From Waddliaceae bacterium (GTDB taxonomy: Bacteria > Chlamydiota > Chlamydiia > Chlamydiales > SLFE01): a stretch of DNA of 64,000 nucleotides. The stretch spans positions 64,001 to 128,000 of the forward strand of contig CAWAPJ010000008.1 of assembly GCA_963783885.1 (NCBI GenBank), written 5' to 3'. This document shows positions 18,446 to 28,909 of the stretch, in pieces. The notes under the pieces were generated by a model. It saw only the letters and a list, made by a program, of their open reading frames with translations. It did not search any database and had not been told where the DNA came from. Position numbers and translations under genes: made by a program. How positions within the stretch are numbered: position 1 is the first letter of the stretch; every line of letters starts with the position of its first letter.

Positions 18446-19698
18446 ATGGAAAAAAAGAAAGCCATCATCATCGGCGGAGGGATTTCAGGGCTTGCCGCTG
18501 CGTGGTATTTGCAAGATCGTTTTGATACGGTCCTTTTTGAAAAAGAGCCGAGGGTCGGAGGATGGATTCAAACCGGGAATGAGGGCGGTTTCCTTTTTGA
18601 AAAAGGGCCGAGAAGCCTCCGCAGGGGAAAGGCTTTGGATCTGGCTTTAGAGCTTGGCCTCGAAAATGAAATCATTTATGCCGACAAAGCGGCCCGGAAA
18701 AGATTTTTGTATTCTGGAGGACGGTTGAAAAATGTCTCCTCGTTTCTTTGGCGTGCTCTGCCGGGACTGATGACTGAATGGATGAAAGAAAAAAGCCGGG
18801 GAGATGAATCGGTCAAGAGTTTTATCTTGAGAAGGTTCGGCCGGTATGCTGCCGAGATGCTGATGGATCCTTTGATTAGCGGCATCTATGCCGGCGACAG
18901 CGGGCGGCTTTCCTTCAAGTCCTGCTTTCCCGGGCTTTATGAGATGGAGCAAAAGTACGGATCGATCACAAAAGGTTTTTTGTTTCGCTCAAGAGAATCA
19001 GGGAAAGGGATCTATACTTTCAAAAACGGACTTGAAACACTCGTTCAGGCTTTAGAGAAGAAAGTTTCGGCAAAAATCCATTTATCGACCCCTGCTCAAA
19101 AAATTGCCGTTCATGAAGATCATATTCGGGTGCTGGCAAAAGGGGGGTGGTGGAAAGCTGATCATGTCATATTGGCGCTGCCGTCCAGCCACTTGTCTCG
19201 ATTAATGACTGAACACGATCACCAGCTGGCCCGGCTTCTAAATGAGATGCAAAGCGTCTCGGTCGCGGTTGTCAATGTCGGCTATAAGCAGCCGGTTTTA
19301 TCCCTGAAAGGTTTTGGTTATCTCATTCCAAGCCGGGAAAAGGAGCCGGTGCTTGGGGTGGTGTGGGATTCGAGCGCTTTCCCGCAGCAAAACGCATCGC
19401 CACAAGAGACTCGCCTGACCGTGATGATCAGGGGGGGGACAAGGATTTTATCGGCATAGCTCTTAAGGCGCTTGATCAACATCTTGGAATCAAAAGGCAT
19501 CCCGATTTTATCGCGTGCAAGCTCGCCGAAAATGCGATACCTCAATACACTGTGGGGCATGATGAACGTCTTCACGAGATAAAAAAAAGACTTTCTACGC
19601 TGACCGGCCGCATTCACATTCTCGGCAACAGTTTTGGCGGAGTTTCGGTCAATGATTGCGTCGCCGGAGCTGAAAGCCTTTCAAATTCATTATTTTAA
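18446..19698 (+). pseudogene. hemG: Protoporphyrinogen oxidase (HemY-type), frameshifted at a G8 run
   Basis: IIGGGISGLAAA, FEKGP, GIYAGD, GFGYLIP; C-terminal AIPQYTVGH and GVSVNDC lie in another frame after G8 at 19431-19438. Confidence 0.85.
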
Positions 19699-19715
19699 GC
19701 AATTCCCTCTTTAAT

Positions 19716-19744
19716 TTGCTCTAAAAAGAGAACCGCTTTACAAT
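19716..19744 (+). promoter_or_regulatory. Sigma70/66-type promoter for clpC
   Basis: TTGCTC-N17-TACAAT, 35 nt upstream of the ATG. Confidence 0.55.
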
Positions 19745-19779
19745 TAAGATAGGAAATAGCTTAAAAAGAGAGCACTTTC

Positions 19780-22314
19780 ATGTTTGATAAATTCACCAAT
19801 CGCGCAAAACAGGTCATTAAACTCGCCAAAAAAGAGGCCCAAAGACTCAATCATAATTATCTGGGAACCGAACACGTTCTTTTAGGATTATTGAAACTGG
19901 GCCAGGGCGTGGCAGTCAATGTTCTGAGAAACCTCAACATCGACTTTGAAACCGTGCGCCAAGAAGTTGAAAAGCTGGTCGGTTTCGGACCTGAAATCCA
20001 GGTTTACGGAGATCCGGCTTTGACGGGCAAAGTCAAGAAAGTGTTCGAATACGCCAATGAAGAGGCCGCCAACTTAAGCCACAATTATGTCGGAACCGAA
20101 CATTTGCTTTTAGGGCTTCTTCGTCAAACTGACGGAGTCGCCGCCCAGGTGCTCGAAAATCTCAATGTCAACTTAAAAGAGGTTAGGAAAGAGGTATTAA
20201 AAGAACTTGAGACCTTCAATCTGCAGCTTCCTCCTACAGGAGCTCCGCCGGTAGGCTCGGGACAGGGAGCCAAAGCCCAGTTTGAAAAAGGGAGCTCCAT
20301 ATCCGATAAAATGCCGGCGCTGAAAGCCTATGGCTATGATCTGACCGAGAAGTGCCGGGAAGGGAAAATGGACCCTGTTATCGGCAGGAAAGATGAAATT
20401 GAACGGCTGATTCTGATCCTCTGCCGCCGCCAAAAAAACAACCCTGTTCTTGTCGGAGAAGCGGGAGTCGGAAAGTCTGCGATTGTCGAGGGACTCGCTC
20501 AGGCTATCGTCAGGGGGGATGTTCCGGACAACCTGCGGAAAAAGCATCTCATCACTCTTGATTTGCCTCTGATGATCGCCGGAACAAAGTACCGCGGGCA
20601 ATTCGAAGAAAGAATTAAAGCGGTCATGGATGAAATTAAAAAGCATGGAAACATTCTGCTTTTTATCGACGAGCTTCACACAATTGTCGGCGCTGGAGCC
20701 GCCGAAGGGGCGATAGACGCTTCCAATATTTTAAAGCCACCCCTTTCAAGAGGGGAAATTCAATGCATCGGCGCGACGACTGTCGACGAATATCGGAAAC
20801 ACATCGAAAAAGACGCTGCTCTGGAAAGGCGTTTCCAGCAGATTCTTGTTCCGCCGAATAGCGTTGAGGAGACTATCCAGATCCTGGGAGGGCTCAAAGA
20901 GAAGTATGAAGAGCATCACCATTGTGTTTACACCGATGAGTCTCTCGATTCGGCCGCGCGGCTTAGCGACCGTTATATTTCGGGCCGTTTTCTGCCTGAC
21001 AAGGCCATCGATTTGATCGATGAGGCGGGAGCAAAATCCCGCCTGGCTGTGATGGATCAGCCGGAAGAGCTGATTCAGTTGGATGGCGAGATCGAAGAAA
21101 CGCGTCTGGCAAAAGAAGATGCCATCAGCAAGCAGGAATATGAAAAAGCGGCAAAACTTCGGGATGAAGAAAAAACTCTGAGAGAAAAACTTCAGGATAT
21201 CAAAGCTGATTGGGAAAGCTCAAAAGAAGATCAGACCGTTGTCATCGACTCCGACGAAGTGGCTGAAGTCGTCGCCAAGCAGACCAGGATTCCGCTCTAC
21301 CGCTTAACAGAGGGAGAGACCCGGAAAGTTCTCCATATGCAAGAGGATATGCGCAGAGAAATTGTCGGACAGAATGACGCCATCGACACTGTCACAAGAG
21401 CTATCAGGAGAAGCCGCGCCGGAATTAAGGACCCGAACAGGCCGATCGGAGCGTTTATGTTCTTAGGCCCCACAGGCGTTGGAAAAACCCTCCTTGCAAA
21501 ACTCTTGGCCCGCATTATGTTCGGCGGCGAGGACGCATTGATCCAAATGGATATGTCCGAATACATGGAAAAATTCGCTGTCAGCCGCATGACAGGATCG
21601 CCTCCGGGATATGTCGGACACGAAGAGGGCGGTCAGCTGACCGAGCAAGTGCGCATGCGCCCTTACTCTGTGGTTTTATTTGATGAAATCGAAAAAGCCC
21701 ACCCCGATGTTATGAATATGCTCTTGCAGATCCTTGAAGAGGGACGCCTCACCGACGCTCAGGGACGCAGGGTGGATTTCCGCAATACAATCATCATTAT
21801 CACCTCGAATATCGGGGCCGACCTGATCAAAAAGCAAACTGAAATCGGTTTCGGTGTTGACACGCATCAAATGGATGATGCGACGATTAAGGACAAAATC
21901 CTGTCCGAAGTGAATAAAAAGCTCAAACCAGAGTTTATTAACCGTCTTGACGGACTGGTCATCTTCCACCAGCTGACAAAAGAAAATCTCAAAGGGGTTT
22001 TGGAAATCGAGATCAGAAAGGTTCTCGACCGTTTGAAAGGGCGCGATATTGAAGTGCATTTGGATGACAAAGCCAAAATGTTTCTCATTGAGAAGGGGTT
22101 CCAGCCTGAATTCGGCGCCAGGCCGCTCAGGCGAAAAATCGAAGAGTTTCTTGTCGATCCCTTAACCGATGAGATCCTCACATCCGGCGACGAGCCAAAA
22201 AGTTTTCAGGTTACTGCGGATAAAGAGAAGCTTGTTTTCAAAGGGAAGGTTCTCGAGAAGAAAGAAGAAAAGAAAAAGAAGAAGCCGCCTGTTAAAAAAA
22301 CCGCAAAAAAGTAA
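19780..22314 (+). CDS. clpC: ATP-dependent Clp protease ATPase ClpC
   Basis: Two Clp-N repeats, Walker A GEAGVGKS and [11 protein letters not shown]-like middle coil, GARPLRR. Confidence 0.97.
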   Translation: MFDKFTNRAKQVIKLAKKEAQRLNHNYLGTEHVLLGLLKLGQGVAVNVLRNLNIDFETVRQEVEKLVGFGPEIQVYGDPALTGKVKKVFEYANEEAANLSHNYVGTEHLLLGLLRQTDGVAAQVLENLNVNLKEVRKEVLKELETFNLQLPPTGAPPVGSGQGAKAQFEKGSSISDKMPALKAYGYDLTEKCREGKMDPVIGRKDEIERLILILCRRQKNNPVLVGEAGVGKSAIVEGLAQAIVRGDVPDNLRKKHLITLDLPLMIAGTKYRGQFEERIKAVMDEIKKHGNILLFIDELHTIVGAGAAEGAIDASNILKPPLSRGEIQCIGATTVDEYRKHIEKDAALERRFQQILVPPNSVEETIQILGGLKEKYEEHHHCVYTDESLDSAARLSDRYISGRFLPDKAIDLIDEAGAKSRLAVMDQPEELIQLDGEIEETRLAKEDAISKQEYEKAAKLRDEEKTLREKLQDIKADWESSKEDQTVVIDSDEVAEVVAKQTRIPLYRLTEGETRKVLHMQEDMRREIVGQNDAIDTVTRAIRRSRAGIKDPNRPIGAFMFLGPTGVGKTLLAKLLARIMFGGEDALIQMDMSEYMEKFAVSRMTGSPPGYVGHEEGGQLTEQVRMRPYSVVLFDEIEKAHPDVMNMLLQILEEGRLTDAQGRRVDFRNTIIIITSNIGADLIKKQTEIGFGVDTHQMDDATIKDKILSEVNKKLKPEFINRLDGLVIFHQLTKENLKGVLEIEIRKVLDRLKGRDIEVHLDDKAKMFLIEKGFQPEFGARPLRRKIEEFLVDPLTDEILTSGDEPKSFQVTADKEKLVFKGKVLEKKEEKKKKKPPVKKTAKK

Positions 22315-22387
22315 GCATTTTTACTGCTTTTTGGGTATTTGCAACAGAGACCTCAAAAGATTTCTCGTGGTATTCACAGCGCCCCTC

Positions 22388-23056
22388 TTAACTGCTGATT
22401 TGGGATTCGCAGTTCCGAATATATTTTAGAATTTCATTTTTTGTCGGTTTGGATTTGAGCAGATTGAGAGTTTTTTGATCCCTGCTGAAGTGGGCGATTT
22501 TGGCCAGCAGGTTTAAATGGCGCTTATCGTCGCAAGCGAATAAAAAGAAAAGGGTATGGACAGGCTCTTTATCCAAAGCGCCGTACTCAATCGGTTCTTT
22601 AGGAAAAATAATGGCGACCGCATCGTAGTGCTTATTGAACGTAATTTCACGGGTGTGAGGGACCGCGATTCCATGATTGAGGGCAGTCGACATGAGATTT
22701 TCCCTATCCAGGAGGAGGTCGGCCATCATATCGGGATCAAAGTTGAGATCCCGGGATAGAAGCTTTGTCGTGTTTTTGATAATCTCCTCTTTGTCCTTAC
22801 CGGGAACGTTGTGATAAACACCCCCTTTGTGAATAGCGCGGAAGAGGGCGTAATGCCGAAGCCCGCTTTGACCGTTTTTGCTCTCTTCATCATCTAAAAA
22901 TTCGTGGCTCACCAGCCAGTCTTCAATTTCATGGCGGCTAAAACGGTACTGGTCGTTGAGTTGGTAGGAGGGAATTTTGCCATCCGTCAGCCATTGGCGT
23001 ATCGTTGTTTCCGATACATTGAGCAACTCGGATACTTCTTCAATTTTCAGATCCAT
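22388..23056 (-). CDS. ptsN: PTS IIA (Ntr-like) protein with N-terminal excisionase-type HTH
   Basis: MDLKIEEVSELLNVSETTIRQW HTH; RENLMSTALNHGIAVPH IIA motif. Confidence 0.9.
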   Translation of the reverse strand: MDLKIEEVSELLNVSETTIRQWLTDGKIPSYQLNDQYRFSRHEIEDWLVSHEFLDDEESKNGQSGLRHYALFRAIHKGGVYHNVPGKDKEEIIKNTTKLLSRDLNFDPDMMADLLLDRENLMSTALNHGIAVPHTREITFNKHYDAVAIIFPKEPIEYGALDKEPVHTLFFLFACDDKRHLNLLAKIAHFSRDQKTLNLLKSKPTKNEILKYIRNCESQISS

Positions 23057-23073
23057 ACAATGCCTCCTATTAT

Positions 23074-23231
23074 CTCGACTATAGGATTTTTATCGACCCG
23101 CTGACTTCAGAGAGAATGCTGATCTTTAAATTATTTTCACGGATTAGGTAATTTACCTGAACCCGTGAAAATAATTTGAAGCTGAGCGCCCTCTCTATTG
23201 TCATCGAATCGATAAAAATCATAAAGTCGAG
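23074..23231 (-). mobile_element. 158-nt rod-hairpin MITE with 5-bp target duplication ATTAT
   Basis: Ends ctcgact/agtcgag; stems gatttttatcga/tcgataaaaatc and aaattattttcacgg/ccgtgaaaataattt; apex aggta-att-tacct; attat at 23069-23073 and 23232-23236. Confidence 0.85.
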
Positions 23232-23235
23232 ATTA

Positions 23236-23685
23236 TTAAATTTCCTTAAATAATTTGACTACCTGCTCGGGAGAGTCGGCGGTCAATATTTTTTTCCGTC
23301 GTTCCGGGTCTTTCAAGGCTAAAGTCAGGCTTGAAAGGATTTGCAGATATTCCGTTTGCTTATCATCCGGTCCTCCGATCAGAAAAACCAGGCGGACAGG
23401 ATTGCCGTCAAGCGCATCCCAATCGACACCCTTGTCTAAAATTCCGACTGCGATAAAAAAATCGTCGTAATCCTGCAGCTTGGCGTGTGGAATAGCCACT
23501 CCCATGCCGATGCCGGTCGTGACGATTTTTTCCCTTTCAATAATGGCATCAAAGAGATGGGATTCTTCATCAATTTTATTTTCCTTTTTTAAAAGGGAGA
23601 CTAAAGATTTGATGACATTATCGCGTGTGTCTTTGCTTAAAAAGATGATCAGTTTAGAGTCGAGATATTTTGTGACATTTACCAT
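23236..23685 (-). CDS. ptsN: PTS IIA domain protein
   Basis: EREKIVTTGIGMGVAIPHAK, DWDALDGNPVRLVFLI. Confidence 0.92.
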   Translation of the reverse strand: MVNVTKYLDSKLIIFLSKDTRDNVIKSLVSLLKKENKIDEESHLFDAIIEREKIVTTGIGMGVAIPHAKLQDYDDFFIAVGILDKGVDWDALDGNPVRLVFLIGGPDDKQTEYLQILSSLTLALKDPERRKKILTADSPEQVVKLFKEI

Positions 23686-23693
23686 AAAGCTTC

Positions 23694-24140
23694 TTAATTA
23701 GTTCCAGTATGCCCAAAACCCCCGCTGCCTCTTGTGGTGGCTTCAAGCTCGCTGCAAACGATAAATTGAGCCTGCTTGACTTCAGCGAGAATCATTTGGG
23801 CAATTCTCATTTGAGGTGTTATTTCAAAATCTTCATTTCCCAGATTAATGAGGATGACTTTCACTTCTCCCCGATAATCGGAATCGATGGTTCCCGGGGT
23901 GTTCAGGACAATGACTCCGTGTTTTAGGGCAAGTCCGCTTCTCGGCCGGATTTGAATCTCATATCCGGCGGGTATGGCGAATTTCAGACCTGTTGGAATG
24001 AGGGTTCTGCATCCCGGCTTGAGCAATACAGAAGCTTCAATGTTGGCTTTTAAATCGGCGCCAGCGGCTTCAAGAGAGCTGTATTTGGGAAGAGATGATT
24101 CGTTTTCACAGGTCGTGAGAACTTCGATGATGTCTTGCAT
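23694..24140 (-). CDS. dut: dUTP diphosphatase
   Basis: [37 protein letters not shown]. Confidence 0.97.
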   Translation of the reverse strand: MQDIIEVLTTCENESSLPKYSSLEAAGADLKANIEASVLLKPGCRTLIPTGLKFAIPAGYEIQIRPRSGLALKHGVIVLNTPGTIDSDYRGEVKVILINLGNEDFEITPQMRIAQMILAEVKQAQFIVCSELEATTRGSGGFGHTGTN

Positions 24141-24170
24141 TGTTAAACCTTTAAAGTCTTGTGAATCAGA

Positions 24171-25130
24171 TTAAGTCTTTTTCAGTCCCGAGCTGAAAGC
24201 CAGTCTCATGGCCATGGGCTGCAAAGAAGTTTCACGTTTGCGATTTGTGTTTGGGCGCTCTGCCGGTGTCTCTTCCTTGGTGTTTTTCTCGTTGTCGCAT
24301 AAATAGGTCAGCAAAACCGAGAGTTTTGTTTTCAGCTCGCGTCTTTTCACAATACAATCAATCATTCCATGTTGCAAGAGAAATTCAGCTTTTTGTGCCC
24401 CTTCCGGCAATTTCTGACTGATTGTTTGTTCGATGACCCTGGGACCGGCAAAGCAGATCAAAGCTCCAGGTTCAGCGACAATGATATCGCCTAAAGAGGC
24501 AAATGAAGCGGTCACTCCCCCCGAAGTGGGATTGGTTAAGATTGAGATGAAGGGAATTTTGGCTTCATGAAGTTTGGCAAGCGCACCTGATGTTTTGGCC
24601 ATCTGCATGAGAGAGAAGATTGACTCTTGCATTCTGGCTCCTCCTGATGCGGAGACAATCAGAAGGGGGAGGCTGGTGTGCAAAGCGTATTCGATCAGCA
24701 GGGTCAGCCTTTCACCGACAACCGAGCCCATGGATCCTCCCATGAATTTAAAATCCATAATGCCCAAAGCGACGCGCCTGCCGTTTAGAAGGCAAGTGCC
24801 GACAAGCGCTGCCTCGTTTCTCCCGGTTTTTTCCCGGGCTTTCTTCAAGCGGTCGTCATAGGGCTCGGTATCATTGAAGCTGAGGGTGTCTTGCGGGCAA
24901 ATATCGCCGAACAGCTCTTCAAAGGAATCCGGATCGGCAAGGGTGCCAAGCCTTTCCTGTACCGACAGACGGTAGTGATAGCCGCATTTGGGGCAGCAGT
25001 TTTCATTTTGGGAAAGCTCGTTGCTGTGAATGAGCTCCTGACAATCACTGCATTTGATCCAGCCGCTAAAGCCGTCTTTTTTAGTTGTTTGAACTTTAAT
25101 TTTTGGTTTATCTCGAGAAAATAATCTCAT
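24171..25130 (-). CDS. accD: Acetyl-CoA carboxylase carboxyltransferase beta subunit
   Basis: Zinc finger CSDC...CPKC, FMGGSMGSVVGE, SGGARMQE, FAGPRVIEQT. Confidence 0.97.
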   Translation of the reverse strand: MRLFSRDKPKIKVQTTKKDGFSGWIKCSDCQELIHSNELSQNENCCPKCGYHYRLSVQERLGTLADPDSFEELFGDICPQDTLSFNDTEPYDDRLKKAREKTGRNEAALVGTCLLNGRRVALGIMDFKFMGGSMGSVVGERLTLLIEYALHTSLPLLIVSASGGARMQESIFSLMQMAKTSGALAKLHEAKIPFISILTNPTSGGVTASFASLGDIIVAEPGALICFAGPRVIEQTISQKLPEGAQKAEFLLQHGMIDCIVKRRELKTKLSVLLTYLCDNEKNTKEETPAERPNTNRKRETSLQPMAMRLAFSSGLKKT

Positions 25131-25230
25131 ACTTCACCAATTAATCGGTTTTTCATAATTTTAATTGATAATAGACCTTAATGCAAGAACTATTAATAGT
25201 ATGAGTTTTAAAAGCTTAGGATTTTTTTAT

Positions 25231-25260
25231 AAAAACCCGCAGAAAGGGCTTTTCTGCGGG
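25231..25260 (-). terminator. Intrinsic terminator downstream of sod
   Basis: cccgcagaaa/tttctgcggg stem followed by a U tract on the minus strand. Confidence 0.7.
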
Positions 25261-25314
25261 ATCGGCTCGCATTTTCCCATTGAATCGTGCTCATGCACGA
25301 TTTTTTTAAAATAA

Positions 25315-25923
25315 TTATTTGGCTTTTTCGTATCGTTCGGCGACATTGGCCCAATTGACCACGTCCCAGATTTTTTCCAGATATTTCGGCCGGGCATTCT
25401 TATAGACCAGATAGTAAGCGTGCTCCCAGACATCTATGCCGAGCAGGGGGATTTTTCCCGTTATGGCAAGGGGATCTTGATTGGAGCATGTTTCGATATC
25501 AAGCCTGTCTTTTTCTTTATTGTAAGCGAGCCATCCCCATCCGGATCCCTGAATGGCAGCCGTTTTCGCACTGAATTCGGTGATAAATTTGTCTAAAGAA
25601 CCGAAATCGCGGTCGATGGCTTCGGCGAGAGGTCCTTTGGGGCCTTCGCCGCCCCCCTGGTCTTTCGGGGCCAGATTTGTCCAAAAAATGCTGTGGTTGA
25701 TATGTCCGCCCCCATTGAATTTGATTGCTGAATGAAGAGCGATCATTGAAGAAATATCGTTTGCGGAGTCGGCGGATTCGTATTTTTCTAAAGCAGCATT
25801 TAAGTTGTTGACATAGCCTTGATGGTGCTTGTTGTAGTGAAGATCCATGATCTCAGCGCTGATAACAGGCTCGAGAGCATCGAGATCATAGGGTAGGGGA
25901 GGTAGTTCGAATTTTTTTGGCAT
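25315..25923 (-). CDS. sodA: Superoxide dismutase, Mn-type signature
   Basis: [37 protein letters not shown] before ATG 25923. Confidence 0.92.
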   Translation of the reverse strand: MPKKFELPPLPYDLDALEPVISAEIMDLHYNKHHQGYVNNLNAALEKYESADSANDISSMIALHSAIKFNGGGHINHSIFWTNLAPKDQGGGEGPKGPLAEAIDRDFGSLDKFITEFSAKTAAIQGSGWGWLAYNKEKDRLDIETCSNQDPLAITGKIPLLGIDVWEHAYYLVYKNARPKYLEKIWDVVNWANVAERYEKAK

Positions 25924-25954
25924 TTGCAACTCCTTTGTTTGTTTACATCTATTG

Positions 25955-26551
25955 TCACTCATTCAAAATTTTGTGTAAAGCTGCGGCGGTTACAGGTCCA
26001 ATAGAAGTTAAAACTTTGTCTTTTGGTATTGAGCCGTAAGCGTCTATAAATCCGCGTATGGTTGAAGGGCTTGTAAAAACGATCTCATCTATCTTTGTTA
26101 AGGGGGGGAGCTCATCGGGAATGTTCGATACGGTATCATAAAGAATGCAGTCATAATAACTTACATTATTGTGCATAAAAAAATCTGTCAGTACGGGCCG
26201 AGACAAAGCTGAATGGGGCCAAAGAAAAAAGGAACCGTTTATGTCTTTTATAAGGTCGACCAACCCTTCGGCAGTTTCTTTTTCCGGAGTCAGAGCCGGA
26301 TAGGGAATTTCTTTGGCTGTTGCTTTTCCAACAGCTATAAAGGTCTTATTTTCAAGAGAGACGTCTACGAGGGAGAAAAAAAGTTTTGCGGCCTGGCCGC
26401 TGGTAAACAGCAGGTGAGTGGCGCTTGGCAAGAGAGATATCATCGTGTTGATTGACGGATCGCTTCGAGGGCGTGGGACAATGCGGATCAACGGGCAGTG
26501 AAAGCCATTGAAATTATTCGGAGGGGTCAGCCCTGTGTAGAGAGTGCGCAT
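25955..26551 (-). CDS. hemD: Uroporphyrinogen-III synthase
   Basis: LFTS, AVGKATA, FTSPSTI, IGPVTA; follows hemC. Confidence 0.88.
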   Translation of the reverse strand: MRTLYTGLTPPNNFNGFHCPLIRIVPRPRSDPSINTMISLLPSATHLLFTSGQAAKLFFSLVDVSLENKTFIAVGKATAKEIPYPALTPEKETAEGLVDLIKDINGSFFLWPHSALSRPVLTDFFMHNNVSYYDCILYDTVSNIPDELPPLTKIDEIVFTSPSTIRGFIDAYGSIPKDKVLTSIGPVTAAALHKILNE

Positions 26552-27192
26552 AAGCAGGAAAAGAGCTCTTTCATTTCACTATCGTCATCCCGCACTAAAA
26601 CCGCGAGTTTCCCTTGCAGGGGAGCCGTATCTCCCGGCAGCTTGAAGCGGTTTAGGTGAGTCAGGTTCAGTCGGATGATTGCCGCTTCGGCAATAACAAC
26701 GCCGTGGACGGTTCCACTATCGATTTTTTTCAATCTCTCTTCGATAGTGCCTCTAATATCGACAAAAGTAAAATCCTGCCTCAATTTCCTGACAGATTCT
26801 TCGCGTCTAAGGGATGAGGTTGCGATAACTGCCCCGGACGGCAAAGAATCCAGAGTTTCTCCTTGTTGTAAAACCAGTGAGTCGGAAGAATCGACTCCTT
26901 GCGTGAGTGCCGCCACAGTGAGTCCATCAGCAAGAGGGTCGGGCAAGTCTTTTGCAGCATGGATTACTGCCCGGCATTTTCCCTGAAGGAGCATGCAGTC
27001 GAGCTCCCGCGTGAAAAAATCGGTCTTGTCCATGTTGCGAAGGGAGGTTAAAAGATCTTTGTCCCCCATTGTTTTTATCAGAGTAAGATCGAACTCGACT
27101 TCAGGATGAAATTTTTTCAGCTCGGCTAAGACTTCCTGAGTCTGGATATAGGATAAGGGGGATTCTCTTGCCGCTAAAGATATGTGCCTCAT
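26527..27192 (-). CDS. hemC: Hydroxymethylbilane synthase (short form)
   Basis: ARESPLS, KTMGD, FTRELD, HAAKDLP, TSSLRR, IRGTIEERL. Confidence 0.92.
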   Translation of the reverse strand: MRHISLAARESPLSYIQTQEVLAELKKFHPEVEFDLTLIKTMGDKDLLTSLRNMDKTDFFTRELDCMLLQGKCRAVIHAAKDLPDPLADGLTVAALTQGVDSSDSLVLQQGETLDSLPSGAVIATSSLRREESVRKLRQDFTFVDIRGTIEERLKKIDSGTVHGVVIAEAAIIRLNLTHLNRFKLPGDTAPLQGKLAVLVRDDDSEMKELFSCLCALSTQG

Positions 27193-27230
27193 AGAGATCC
27201 CAATCTAAAGAAATCGGGAAATGATGGCAA

Positions 27231-27911
27231 TCAATAATACTCGTCGGGAAGCTCCCATTCCCAACCTTCGGTTTCGGAATTTTCATTTTCGTCAAATTCT
27301 TCCTCCTTTTCTTGAATGTTCAGGAACCTGGCAGAATTTTGCTGGGATTGCATTCCCTTGGCAATGACGCTGGCAATATTTACCTGGTCATTGTTTTTAG
27401 ACGATCCCCTATTTCCAGAAGAGTTATCAATGACAGGTGTTGATACCCTGCTAGGTATCGGAGGTTTCCAGTCTTGAGGCGGCAGTGGCTGAGCAAGCGG
27501 TATGGGTTCTTTAGCAAGTGCAGATGAGCGTCTTGCATAGGAAATCAGAGGAGTTTGCTCTGTTTCTTTCATAGGGTCACATTTCTTCCAGTCTTCAGAC
27601 TTTTGAGCCTCTTCTTTCCCATGAGAAAATGGGCCGTTTTTCTTAAAAATGGCCGTGTATACCTTATAAGGAATGTAAGATGAACCTATGACTCCAGCGG
27701 ATATCGCTGCAACAATTATCCAAGGGAGCACACCGATGATGGCAACGGGCACTGCCAAACCCACTGCAGCTACATAGCCCAGAGGTTTCCAGGGGAATTG
27801 CTTTGCGAAATCATCTACCTTAGTAGCTGTTGTTTTGCCGGCCTTGCCCAAAGATTTTCCATAATCCGGCAGGGTATTTAATTTTAAATGTAAACTTTTA
27901 ACGCCTGGCAT
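27231..27911 (-). CDS. Inc-like membrane protein with Pro-rich region and acidic Trp-containing tail
   Basis: About 40-aa hydrophobic segment (LGYVAAVG...YTAIF), PLPP/PPIP region, tail EEEFDENENSETEGWEW; AAGGA ribosome-binding site; AT-rich upstream. Confidence 0.7.
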   Translation of the reverse strand: MPGVKSLHLKLNTLPDYGKSLGKAGKTTATKVDDFAKQFPWKPLGYVAAVGLAVPVAIIGVLPWIIVAAISAGVIGSSYIPYKVYTAIFKKNGPFSHGKEEAQKSEDWKKCDPMKETEQTPLISYARRSSALAKEPIPLAQPLPPQDWKPPIPSRVSTPVIDNSSGNRGSSKNNDQVNIASVIAKGMQSQQNSARFLNIQEKEEEFDENENSETEGWEWELPDEYY

Positions 27912-28086
27912 TATTATTCCTTATTTGGTTTTGAATAGTTAAATATTAAAATATATTTATTAAGATTATATAAAATTTAGGTGAAAAATAATAAAATAAA
28001 TAATTACTATTAAGAAAATTTTTTACTGGCCAAAAACCCCCTATTTTGAGAAGATAACCTTTGAATAAATGATAGGAGATAAGGAA

Positions 28087-28416
28087 ATGAGCGATAAGAT
28101 TAAGCATCTAGATGACGAGAACTTCTCTGAAGTGACCTCAAACGGTGTGACTCTAGTGGATTTTTATGCTGACTGGTGCGGTCCTTGCCGTATGATGACC
28201 CCAGTCATTGAGGAATTTGCCGAAAAGAAATCCGGAGAGATCACAGTTGGCAAGCTGGACATCGACGCTTCGCCATCGGTTACTCAGCAATTTCAGGTGA
28301 CATCGGTCCCCACCTTGGTTCTCATCAAGGATGGCAAGCCTATCGGCACCTATGTGGGGCTGAAAGATCTGTCTCAGCTTGAAGAGCTTGTCAAATCTTC
28401 TCTCGATAATTCGTAA
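28087..28416 (+). CDS. trxA: Thioredoxin
   Basis: VDFYADWCGPC. Confidence 0.96.
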   Translation: MSDKIKHLDDENFSEVTSNGVTLVDFYADWCGPCRMMTPVIEEFAEKKSGEITVGKLDIDASPSVTQQFQVTSVPTLVLIKDGKPIGTYVGLKDLSQLEELVKSSLDNS

Positions 28417-28868
28417 ATTGAAGTCTGTCTTAGCGCTTCGTAGAGGCCGATTCCTACCGATGTGGCTAAGTTCAGACATCTTGAGCTCGGAAGCATCGGA
28501 ATTCTCACGCATCGGTCCGGCCATTTTTTAAGCAATTTTTCCGGAAGTCCTTCTGTTTCCGAGCCGAATACCAGTTGAACGTCGGGGGAGAAGCTGGCGT
28601 CGTAAAGAGATCGCTTCGCTTTGCTTGAAAAAAAATAAAAAAAACGTGCGCTTTCCAATAGATATTTCTCAAGATCTTCTTGTTCAGAGATTTTGACTTC
28701 GTTCCAGTAGTCAAGACCGGCTCTTTTCAGCCATCTGTCGCTCGTTTTAAAGCCAAGGGGGGTGATCAGGGTGAGAGAAGAGCCTGTCACCGAGCAGGTT
28801 CTGACTATGTTTCCGGTATTTTGCGGAATTTGGGGCCGATAGAGGATAATTTCAATATTATGATTCAT
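28374..28868 (-). CDS. trmL: tRNA (cytidine/uridine-34 2'-O)-methyltransferase, SpoU family
   Basis: PQIPQNTGNIVRTC, KRAGLDYW, FGSETEGL, RIPM, LNLA. Confidence 0.93.
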   Translation of the reverse strand: MNHNIEIILYRPQIPQNTGNIVRTCSVTGSSLTLITPLGFKTSDRWLKRAGLDYWNEVKISEQEDLEKYLLESARFFYFFSSKAKRSLYDASFSPDVQLVFGSETEGLPEKLLKKWPDRCVRIPMLPSSRCLNLATSVGIGLYEALRQTSIYELSREDLTSSSS

Positions 28869-28909
28869 TTTAGCTTCAAATTATAGTAAAAAACGATTAA
28901 ATGTGAAAT

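Noticed and set aside
25283..25307. Second small hairpin aatcgtgc-tcat-gcacgatt with a + strand T run after sod
   Set aside because: No + strand gene ends here; may be part of the sod terminator region, with too little evidence to call
26527..27192. HemC is only 221 aa
   Set aside because: Short HemC is, from recall, usual in chlamydiae; no frameshift seen and it overlaps hemD normally
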